Of a DNA stretch of 56,511 nt, positions 37,487 through 45,516 are shown one piece after another. The notes under the pieces are model-generated. The model was given only the letters and a program-made list of their open reading frames with translations, was not told where the DNA came from and searched no databases. How positions within the stretch are numbered: the first letter of the stretch is position 1; every line of letters starts with the position of its first letter. Source of the DNA: a virus (lineage: Duplodnaviria; Caudoviricetes); the IMG/VR virus record IMGVR_UViG_3300045284_000397, positions 1 to 56,511 of that record, one strand, 5' to 3'. The position numbers and the translations under genes are program-made.

Positions 37487-37560
37487 CGAGAGTGAACACG
37501 TTGGAACTTCAACACGGCGACTGTTTGAGGGAAACAAAGTTTGCAAATGAGCGAAGCACG

Positions 37561-37668
37561 AGGGATAATGATGGGACAATTTAGCGACGAACGGGCAAGT
37601 GTACCACCACCTGCCCGCCGCCTATACCCACTCAACGGAGGCAACCCGTGATGAGTAATTTATCCCAT
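37561..37668 (+). promoter_or_regulatory. Structured leader of the primase gene
   Basis: GGGATAAT; hairpin cgggca-a-gtg-taccac-cac-c-tgcccg; GGAGG; GGGATAA (37562-68) is complementary to TTATCCC (37660-66). Confidence 0.55.
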
Positions 37669-40053
37669 TCTACCACAGCGCCCATCCCCGACAAAATCAC
37701 CCTATCTATCAGTCGCCACTTTTTCAATAAAGAGAACTGCGCCCCATTACGCGAGAACAAAGAGGGCAAACCGTCCAATCTTTGGGCATACGGCGCTTAC
37801 GAAACCGTGCATTGGACGCCAGAGCAAATCACGCAGCATGTTACCTCTGGCAAGGCGATCTCGATTGCCGCCTATAAAAACGACTGGCGCAAAGAAGAGA
37901 ATTTCCTCACGGCGCAAATCATGGGGATCGACTTTGACGAAGGGCAGGACGTTCAAGCACTCGCCATTGACCCCTTCATCGAAGAACATGCCTACCTGAT
38001 TTATCCAACCCCGTCCAGTACAACGGAAGCGCCGCGCAGCCGCATCTTATTCATCCTCGATCAACTAATGACTGACGTGTCACTCTACCGACGGATGCTG
38101 CTGCGCCTGCTGACAAAGTTTGCCGTCAAAGACGCCGACAAGAAGTGTAAGGATGCGGCGCGCCAGTTCTACGGCTCAACTCAGCTGGGCTGGAGCGCCG
38201 TCGCCAGCGCACGACTGCCACTGGCGACACTGGAAGCGCTTCCAGCGCATCCTGACGAAACGCGCGCCATTCAGCCTGTCGAAGTCCCGTTTGTGATCTC
38301 CCCGCTTGACAGTGAGCGTTATCGCAATTATGTAGAAAAGGCGCTCGATGAGGAATTCCGCGAACTGATGCAAACCGGAAGCGGGCGCAATCAGGCACTT
38401 TACGTCACCGCGCGCAGCGTAGGCGAACTGGTGGGCGCGCCCTGGACAGGCTTGAGCCGGGCGAACATCGAGCAGAACCTATTCGCCGCCGCCCACAACA
38501 ACGGTTATGTGGCTAAAGACGGCGAAACCGCCGCCCGTGCCACGATCCGTAGCGGCATGGAGGCGGGCATGTCCGAACCGCGCCCGCAACCCGCGAATTT
38601 TGAGCGCCAGCCTACCAACGTCGTCACGATTACACCGCCTCCTGAAGCACTCGTGCCCACCCCGAACGGGAAACATCCGCCGGACAAGCCTCAAATTCGT
38701 CCCTCGCTGCCAGATTACGCACAATTGTCGCCTGAAAAACAACGCATGGCGGCACAGGGGCGCGCCTGGTTGGACGATTATCTGGCATGGGCAGTCGAAT
38801 CCAGTCCCTTGACACCGCGTCTGTTTCACGAGGCAATGGGGTTGTGGTTGCTGGCGACCGCTTCGACGCGGCGCGTCTGCGTTCGCATCGGTGGTGAAAC
38901 GATTTTCCCGAACCTGTTTGTGCTGATCGTTGGCAGAACCACCATCTACCGTAAATCGACAGCGATGAACCTTGCCAAATCCATCCTGCAAAAGGCGAAC
39001 CTCGCCCCGATCCTTCTGCCCGCCGACATGACACCTGAAGCCCTGTTTGATGAACTCGCCGGAGTCAAGCCTAACAACTATGAAAATCTTTCGCCCGACG
39101 TTCAAGAACGCTGGCGCTTAAGTCGGAAGATCGCAGCACAGCGCAGTTTCTTCAAAGACGAGGTGAGTTCTTTCTTTGCGAATATGCGTAAAGACTATAT
39201 GCAGGGGTTTGAGGAATTCTGGACACAGGGATACGACGCATCACCGGGGGTCTGGGAGCGCCGCCTGAAATCTACAGGGCTGATCAGCATCAAGGACCCG
39301 TGCCTCTCATTCCTGGGCGCGACGACGCCGGGTATGTATGGAAAATATGTCGGTACAGAATTCTACGAAAGCGGTTTACTGCCACGCTTCGCAATTCTGA
39401 CCCCGGAAGGGCGAGAGCCTTATCGGTATCCATCGGACGACATTCCTAATCCTGATTCAATCATCGAACGGTTGGTGCGTTTCTTTCGTTATACGTTGCC
39501 CTGGGAATCACATGCCACTGATGAGGTGAAAACGCCGCCGCACGTTTATCTATCCATTGCCCCTGATGCAGAAGAACAGCTTCGCGCTTACCGCAAAGCA
39601 GTCGGTGATGACTTCGCAGCGGATGGACTGATCTCAGACATTCAATCCGCCTTCTATTCACGGTTGGCAACCATGTCCTACAAAGTTGCCATACTTTTAG
39701 GGGGCATTGAGGCAACGGATACCCCTTATCGCATTGAAGCCCGTCACGCTTATGCCGCCCAAATGATTTGCGAGAGTTGGCGCGAGAGCCTGCATCGGCT
39801 GGAGCAGGATGTCAGTCGCTCCAGGACGGGTGACAGCGATGACAACAAGGTGCTGGCGCTCATTCGTCAGTCTGGAGTGAAAGGCATTACCCTGCGTCAG
39901 ATCATGCAGGACTGCAACCTGCGACCGCGCGCCAAAGCCGTTGAAGCGATCACGGTTTTAGCAGATGACGGCTTGATTGAGAAGTATGACTTCAAGCCTG
40001 AAGGTCGTGGCAGACCGACGACCTTCTATCGCATGGCGGGTGTCGGATCATGA
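37648..40053 (+). CDS. Primase-helicase: AEP-like N-domain, helical domain, DUF3987-like P-loop, C-terminal wHTH
   Basis: 'GIDFD', 'YPTPSS...RSRILF', 'D..CKD.ARQFYG'; 'GSGRN..LY'; 'NLFVLIVG......KST', 'KDE', 'LS.LGATTP', 'SGLLPRF'; 'GRGRPT..Y'. Confidence 0.8.
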   Translation: MMSNLSHSTTAPIPDKITLSISRHFFNKENCAPLRENKEGKPSNLWAYGAYETVHWTPEQITQHVTSGKAISIAAYKNDWRKEENFLTAQIMGIDFDEGQDVQALAIDPFIEEHAYLIYPTPSSTTEAPRSRILFILDQLMTDVSLYRRMLLRLLTKFAVKDADKKCKDAARQFYGSTQLGWSAVASARLPLATLEALPAHPDETRAIQPVEVPFVISPLDSERYRNYVEKALDEEFRELMQTGSGRNQALYVTARSVGELVGAPWTGLSRANIEQNLFAAAHNNGYVAKDGETAARATIRSGMEAGMSEPRPQPANFERQPTNVVTITPPPEALVPTPNGKHPPDKPQIRPSLPDYAQLSPEKQRMAAQGRAWLDDYLAWAVESSPLTPRLFHEAMGLWLLATASTRRVCVRIGGETIFPNLFVLIVGRTTIYRKSTAMNLAKSILQKANLAPILLPADMTPEALFDELAGVKPNNYENLSPDVQERWRLSRKIAAQRSFFKDEVSSFFANMRKDYMQGFEEFWTQGYDASPGVWERRLKSTGLISIKDPCLSFLGATTPGMYGKYVGTEFYESGLLPRFAILTPEGREPYRYPSDDIPNPDSIIERLVRFFRYTLPWESHATDEVKTPPHVYLSIAPDAEEQLRAYRKAVGDDFAADGLISDIQSAFYSRLATMSYKVAILLGGIEATDTPYRIEARHAYAAQMICESWRESLHRLEQDVSRSRTGDSDDNKVLALIRQSGVKGITLRQIMQDCNLRPRAKAVEAITVLADDGLIEKYDFKPEGRGRPTTFYRMAGVGS

Positions 40054-40231
40054 ATTGTGTGTTTGTGTGTATTGTGTATTGTGTGTTTTTTCAATCATTT
40101 TTACTACGTAATTAAGAGGGTGTGGAATATGGGAAGCCAGTTACACACAAACACAGAATTCAATGTGTGAGAGGGGTCTGAGGGAGAATTATTATGTGCG
40201 AGGGGCTACACACAAAGTTAACACACAATTC
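40052..40231. repeat. Putative replication origin (TGTGT iterons in both orientations)
   Basis: 40052-40071 is inverted at 40142-40161 with 1 mismatch in 20; a third inverted copy lies at 40207-40231; the spacer is AT-rich. Confidence 0.6.
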
Positions 40232-40487
40232 GCAGGACTATTCCGGCTACATCCTGGCGCTGCGCGACCTCTGCACCGACTTGCGCCTGTTTGAAGCCGA
40301 GCCATTCGACGCCGATCACCCGGTTTTCATGGCGCTCTGGCGCACGTCACTAGACATGAGCAAGGATGACTGTCATTTTGTCGAGAACGTGATCGGTTTT
40401 TACCGCGAGACGCTGGACGTGACCGCCCTCGGCGTTGAGCCGCCAACGGGTGGCGGGGAAGGGGAGGGGTTGCAGCATGGCAGATGA
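40194..40487 (+). CDS. Hypothetical protein
   Basis: GAGGGAG upstream of the start. Confidence 0.45.
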   Translation: MCEGLHTKLTHNSQDYSGYILALRDLCTDLRLFEAEPFDADHPVFMALWRTSLDMSKDDCHFVENVIGFYRETLDVTALGVEPPTGGGEGEGLQHGR

Positions 40488-40779
40488 ATTCATTCGATAC
40501 CTAGTGGCGCTCGAATACAACATCCTGAAATTTGCTGAGGAAGATCGAAAAGGGCGAGTGGTTGGTGGTGAGTATTTTGGCACACATACCCGTAATGAGC
40601 GATTGCTCGCTATGGACGGTTATGACAACTCCGGCGTGCTGGAAGACCTCGATGAGCGCGGAATCGTCAAACCCTTGGGGCATCCATTCCGCTTTTACGT
40701 CACGGAAAAGGGACGCCTGCTGATGCGGATTTACGAACTGAGACTTGAACTTATAGCGGAGCAGGGGAGGAGCGAATGA
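40477..40779 (+). CDS. wHTH-like hypothetical protein
   Basis: 'LEDLDERGIV....FYVTEKGR'. Confidence 0.55.
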   Translation: MADEFIRYLVALEYNILKFAEEDRKGRVVGGEYFGTHTRNERLLAMDGYDNSGVLEDLDERGIVKPLGHPFRFYVTEKGRLLMRIYELRLELIAEQGRSE

Positions 40780-41141
40780 GCGAGAGAGGGAATAGCAGGA
40801 AACGCCGTTCTGCACGGCAGGGTAGGGGTAGGGCATATCCCAAATTAAAGACGGTTCGACTGGAACTGCGCGACTGTGACTGTGGCTGTGGAATGGCGCA
40901 ACTGATGGACGCACAGCATGGTCAGCGCTATATCGAAGGGCATGGCGGAAAGGCGTTGTGGAAACGGCGTGTCGAGTGTCTGGTTTGCGCCATTGCCCAC
41001 GTCTTCGAGACGCACGGCATATCGCCAAGCCGGGCATTGGCAGGGGCGCGCTGGTGCGTGGAACAGAGCTTGCGGCGCGCGCAGCAGTTGATGCGCGTGT
41101 TCGGCTATTCATATCTCGACATGAAGTGGAGGTTGGCATGA
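40776..41141 (+). CDS. Hypothetical protein with CDCGCG motif
   Basis: ATGA coupling; 'CDCGCG..RYIEGH'. Confidence 0.55.
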   Translation: MSERGNSRKRRSARQGRGRAYPKLKTVRLELRDCDCGCGMAQLMDAQHGQRYIEGHGGKALWKRRVECLVCAIAHVFETHGISPSRALAGARWCVEQSLRRAQQLMRVFGYSYLDMKWRLA

Positions 41142-41506
41142 TGAACGAGTTTGAGAACTGTCTGCGCTGCGGGCTGCCCGAAAGTCATCCGCGCCATGAT
41201 CGGCAACACCCGCCGCCGGAAGGCTGGCATTCATTTCGGGGACAGGACTACCTCGACGGACTTGAGGACGCCCTCTTATTCGCGCGCGAGAAGAACCAAC
41301 CGCATCAATGGGTTGAAACGGGTTGGACGATTGCCACGTACTTGCCTTTCTCAGAAAAATACTGCGCGGTCTGTGGCGCGATCAACTGGGGCGGAGGTGA
41401 GGAGGGCGTGTGCTTCGGCAATTCCTTCGCTGAAAACGGGATTGTCGCGGCGCATAATCGGCGCGCGTTTGCGAATTGGAGCATGCGCCAAAGCATAATG
41501 GGGTAG
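41138..41506 (+). CDS. Zn-binding hypothetical protein
   Basis: GGAGG RBS; two CxxC pairs. Confidence 0.55.
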   Translation: MMNEFENCLRCGLPESHPRHDRQHPPPEGWHSFRGQDYLDGLEDALLFAREKNQPHQWVETGWTIATYLPFSEKYCAVCGAINWGGGEEGVCFGNSFAENGIVAAHNRRAFANWSMRQSIMG

Positions 41507-41513
41507 GAGAGAC

Positions 41514-41735
41514 ATGATGAACGAGCAGCGGGATACACGGATTGCCGCGGACGAACGATGCTGTGTCTGCGGTTCAGCCGACCTGACATTCGTCGGTGTG
41601 GATGAAGGCGGGTATTGGGGCGGGATGCGCTGTAACGAACTGCGCTGCAATGGCTGCGATGCGCATTTCGCCGTCGGTTGCGACGAGATCATGCCGGACG
41701 GGTCGCTACTGCATGACCCGCCGCGCCTCGACTGA
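41514..41735 (+). CDS. Small Zn-ribbon protein
   Basis: AGGAG RBS; CCVC..CNGC. Confidence 0.55.
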   Translation: MMNEQRDTRIAADERCCVCGSADLTFVGVDEGGYWGGMRCNELRCNGCDAHFAVGCDEIMPDGSLLHDPPRLD

Positions 41736-41800
41736 TTTGCAATGCGGGAAAATGTGCGTTAGTCTTGAAGGGGTATGCCACTTATCCCGCATGAGGCAGC

Positions 41801-42151
41801 ATGGCGCGCGGCAATGCAATCCACGTGGACGGCAAATCATCCGTTGATCAGGGCGATTATTTTCCGGCGCAGAGCATCGGCTCGAAAACAGTTCGCTGCG
41901 ATCTGGACAGTCTGTTCAATTGGTGGGATACGATACGCCCAGCCGACCCGACGCCTGAGCCGATCCCAGTGGATGAGAATGGCGTATCGTATCGACTGTG
42001 CAGCGGATACGAGAGTGGTTCACACTATGCGCCGCGTCGCGCCTTCAACAAGCACAAGGGGCGCAAGGACGGGTTGAATGACGAATGTCGTCAGTGTCAG
42101 CACGAACGCAATTTACGCCTGAAGATCATGCACTTTGCGCGGAGGTATTGA
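41801..42151 (+). CDS. Hypothetical protein with C-terminal HNH-associated Zn-finger module
   Basis: 'FNKHKGRKDGLNDECRQC' resembles the N-modules of the HNH genes. Confidence 0.55.
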   Translation: MARGNAIHVDGKSSVDQGDYFPAQSIGSKTVRCDLDSLFNWWDTIRPADPTPEPIPVDENGVSYRLCSGYESGSHYAPRRAFNKHKGRKDGLNDECRQCQHERNLRLKIMHFARRY

Positions 42152-42158
42152 CAAATAA

Positions 42159-42186
42159 TTGACATTGAGGGAAACAGGTTTAAGAT
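42159..42186 (+). promoter_or_regulatory. Candidate late-operon promoter
   Basis: TTGACA-16-TAAGAT; a second TTGACA lies at 42148. Confidence 0.55.
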
Positions 42187-42225
42187 AGTTAGGACACATT
42201 GTACGAAAAACAAGTTGTCACACAC

Positions 42226-42261
42226 GCCGCCCAGTTTCGCAAGCGAACGAGGCGGCTTTTG
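42226..42261 (+). terminator. Leader terminator/attenuator
   Basis: gccgcc..ttcgc-aa-gcgaa..ggcggc followed by TTTTG. Confidence 0.55.
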
Positions 42262-42283
42262 ATTCCTATGCGGACGGTACGGG

Positions 42284-43651
42284 ATGGCGGTCAGGAAACA
42301 GGCTGAGCCGAGCGTTGAGCGCCGGAAGATTAGCGACCTCACGCCCGACCCGTCAAACGCGAATGTCGGCACGGAGCGCGGCTTATCCATGCTCGACGAC
42401 AGCCTGAGCGTATCCGGGCTGGGACGCAGCATTGTCACCGACAAGCACGGCGTGATCATCGCGGGCAATAAGACGACGGAGCGTGCTATAGATCGTGGCT
42501 TCGAGAACGCGGTCATCGTCCATACGCGCGGCGATGAACTGGTCGTCGTGCAGCGCGACGACCTCGATCTCGCGGACAATGACCCGAATAACCCGGCGCG
42601 GCGCATGGCGTACTATGACAACCGTGTTGCGCAAATGGATTTGCAGTGGTCGCCGGAGCAGTTACTCGCCGATGTGAACGCGGGCTTCGACTTCGAGCAC
42701 CTGTTCAGCGCGGGCGAACTCGATGCGCTACTGGCGGGGCTGAATGGCGAACCCGGCGCAGGCGGCGATGCGAATGCGCTGATGAACCATGCTGAGGAAT
42801 TGCGCGATAAGTATCAGGTTGAACGTGGACAGCTTTGGAATATCGGGCAGCATCGTCTGCTTTGTGGCGACAGCTACAGCATGGACGACGTTGACCGATT
42901 GACCGAGGGCTACGTGGTGGATATGCTGCACACCGATCCACCGTATGGGATAAACATTGTGCAACCGCACAAGGGTGATCGATCCGCCGCTATCGGTGGA
43001 TCGAAGCCATTCGGGTCAACCGCATCAACCGGACGCAAAGGGAAGTCCGCTGTCGCGGAACGCGACAGCGGCAAGGTAGGCGGCGGGACTGGCGCGCCAG
43101 TGCGCCAGTCCCGCCATGATGTTGGCAGGGGCAACCCTGCCAACATCATTCAGAGCAACGTATATCCTGTCATCGAAGGCGACGACCATCCATTTGACCC
43201 GACTGTGTTCCTCAACCTCGCGCCGATTGTCATCCTGTGGGGCGCGAACTATTACGCCGACCAACTGCCGATTTCCTCATGTTGGATATGTTGGGACAAA
43301 CGCGAGGACATTACGCGCAATAACTTCGCGGATTGTGAACTGGCATGGACGAACCTCGACAAGCCCGCGCGCCTGTTTCATCACCTCTGGAACGGTCTGC
43401 ACAAAGGCAGTCAATGGGGGCAAGCGCGCATTCATCCGACCGAAAAGCCTGTCGCGCTGTTCGCCGAAATCGGCAATATGTACTGTAGAGACGGTATTTG
43501 GCTTGACCTGTTCGCCGGAAGTGGTGCGCAGATTGAAGCGGCTGAGCAGAACGGCGCGACCTGTCTGGCGCTCGAATATGAACCGCTCTACGTCGCTTGC
43601 GTCTTGGAGCGCATGTCCGGCATGGGCTTGACGCCCGAACTGCAAGCGTAA
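42284..43651 (+). CDS. ParB/Srx-like N-domain fused to N6/N4 DNA methyltransferase
   Basis: 'IIAGN', 'DNR..'; 'HRLLCGDS', 'TDPPYG', 'HPTEKPV' and 'DLFAGSG'. Confidence 0.85.
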   Translation: MAVRKQAEPSVERRKISDLTPDPSNANVGTERGLSMLDDSLSVSGLGRSIVTDKHGVIIAGNKTTERAIDRGFENAVIVHTRGDELVVVQRDDLDLADNDPNNPARRMAYYDNRVAQMDLQWSPEQLLADVNAGFDFEHLFSAGELDALLAGLNGEPGAGGDANALMNHAEELRDKYQVERGQLWNIGQHRLLCGDSYSMDDVDRLTEGYVVDMLHTDPPYGINIVQPHKGDRSAAIGGSKPFGSTASTGRKGKSAVAERDSGKVGGGTGAPVRQSRHDVGRGNPANIIQSNVYPVIEGDDHPFDPTVFLNLAPIVILWGANYYADQLPISSCWICWDKREDITRNNFADCELAWTNLDKPARLFHHLWNGLHKGSQWGQARIHPTEKPVALFAEIGNMYCRDGIWLDLFAGSGAQIEAAEQNGATCLALEYEPLYVACVLERMSGMGLTPELQA

Positions 43652-43669
43652 ATATGGCAGAGTTGAGAT

Positions 43670-44125
43670 ATGACAGCCCACCTGATTAAAGAAGATGTGA
43701 TTGCGGCGCTCCATGCCAACAAGGGGATGGTGACGCTAACAGCCGATATGCTCCAGTGTAACCCGCAGACAATCTACAACTGGATTAAGAAGTCACCCGA
43801 TGTGCGCGCGGTGATTGACGCCGAACGCGAGAAGGTGATTGACGTTGCCGAGATCGCGCTGATGGGCGCGATCCAGCGGAAAGAGGGCTGGGCAATCGCC
43901 TTTGCGCTCAAGACGATTGGCAAGCGGCGCGGCTACGTTGAGCGCACCGAGCAGGTCAACTTCAACGTGGACGCCGACTTACTCAAACGGGCGATTGACG
44001 CAATCGAAGCACAAGGGTTAAACGCATCTGATGTCTTTGAGCAGATTATCCAGCAAGCCTCAACCGCTGACCGCGCGCGCATTGGTGCAGACGGCATTGG
44101 CGAAAGCAGCAGCGCCGGGAAGTAA
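43670..44125 (+). CDS. terS: Terminase small subunit (putative)
   Basis: N-terminal HTH 'TADMLQCNPQTIYNWIK' and 'AIAFALKT.GK.RGY.ER'; directly precedes terL. Confidence 0.7.
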   Translation: MTAHLIKEDVIAALHANKGMVTLTADMLQCNPQTIYNWIKKSPDVRAVIDAEREKVIDVAEIALMGAIQRKEGWAIAFALKTIGKRRGYVERTEQVNFNVDADLLKRAIDAIEAQGLNASDVFEQIIQQASTADRARIGADGIGESSSAGK

Positions 44126-45500
44126 GATTGCTTATCTCCCCGACGATCCGGTTGCTTGGGCGGAGCGTGAGTTCTACATCCCCGAAACGAATGGCGCGAT
44201 CCAGTTAGAGTCGTATCAGGCAGCAGTGCTGCGCAAAGCCTTCGAGCGCGACCCGGACGGCAATCTGCGTTACAGCCTCATGTTGTGGAGTGACCTGAAA
44301 AAGTCAGCCAAGTCCACGATTGCCGGGATTGCCGTACTTTGGATGGCGTGGCATCACGAATGGGAAACCTGCCGCGTCGTCGGCAATGACCTCAAGCAAG
44401 CCAACAGTCGTACTTTCTACTATATCACGCGAGCGATTGAACTCAATCCCCGCTTGCGTGCCGTCTGTAAAGTCAAGAACTACCGTATCGAACTGCCGAA
44501 CCATACGACGATTGAAGCGATAGCTGTTGATCCGAAGGGTGAGGCGGGCGGCGGCGATCTGGTTGTCTGCTTTACGGAACTGTGGGCAGCAAAGAACGAG
44601 GCAGCTAAACAACTCTGGACAGAAACGACCTTATCTCCGCTCAAATACGGAAAATCTCTGAGGTTTTGCGAATCATATGCTGGTTATGATGGTGGTTCAC
44701 CGATCCTTGAACAACTCTATGACAGTGGCGTTAAACACGGTGTTTTAGTTGACGTAGGCATTGAGGGGCTAGAACTTTACGAGAATCAATCAGCCCGGTT
44801 CATTTGCTTATGGAACACAATCCCGCGTTGCTCGTGGCAAGTTCCAGCGTACTACAGGCAAGAGGCAGCAACCCTCAGTGCTGATGAGTTCCGGCGCATT
44901 CATAAAAACGAGTGGGTTAGTTCGACTAACGCCTTTATCCCGATTGAGTGGTGGGACGCCTGCCTAGGTGAATTCCCCGAACTCGACAAGGATGTCTCGC
45001 TGGTCGTCGGCATCGACGCGGCGGTCACGCATGACTGTTTCGCCGTCGTCGCCGTGAGCCGCGTGGGAGAGAAGTGTTACGTTCGCTACGTGAATGTCTG
45101 GACGCCGCCGCCGCACGGCAAGATCGACTTCTCCGAACCGGAAGCGGAAATCCGGCGACTGGCGCGCGAGTACAATGTGATCGTGGCGACCTACGACCCG
45201 ATGCAAATGGAGGATATGGCGCAGCGGCTTTTGCGCGAGGGCGTCTGCTACTGCAAGCCGTTCTCGCAGGGCGCGCCGCGTTTGGAAGCGGATACCGGAC
45301 TGTATCAGCACATTATGCAGCGCGACATCGTTCAGAACGGCAATCCGGTCATGCGCGAGCACTTGCAGAATGCCGACGCGGACATCGATCAGGAAGGGCA
45401 TAAGATGCGCATCGTCCATCGCACGCCCACGCTGCCGATGGACGCGGCGGTCGCGCTCTCACAGGCAGTTCACGAAGCCTATTACCTAAATCTCGACTAA
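44031..45500 (+). CDS. terL: Terminase large subunit
   Basis: 'LESYQ', Walker A 'KKSAKST', 'FRRIHKNEW', and nuclease residues 'GIDAA..HD', 'YDP' and 'MDAAVAL'. Confidence 0.92.
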   Translation: MSLSRLSSKPQPLTARALVQTALAKAAAPGSKIAYLPDDPVAWAEREFYIPETNGAIQLESYQAAVLRKAFERDPDGNLRYSLMLWSDLKKSAKSTIAGIAVLWMAWHHEWETCRVVGNDLKQANSRTFYYITRAIELNPRLRAVCKVKNYRIELPNHTTIEAIAVDPKGEAGGGDLVVCFTELWAAKNEAAKQLWTETTLSPLKYGKSLRFCESYAGYDGGSPILEQLYDSGVKHGVLVDVGIEGLELYENQSARFICLWNTIPRCSWQVPAYYRQEAATLSADEFRRIHKNEWVSSTNAFIPIEWWDACLGEFPELDKDVSLVVGIDAAVTHDCFAVVAVSRVGEKCYVRYVNVWTPPPHGKIDFSEPEAEIRRLAREYNVIVATYDPMQMEDMAQRLLREGVCYCKPFSQGAPRLEADTGLYQHIMQRDIVQNGNPVMREHLQNADADIDQEGHKMRIVHRTPTLPMDAAVALSQAVHEAYYLNLD

Positions 45501-45516
45501 TCCCTCAAGGCGGCTC

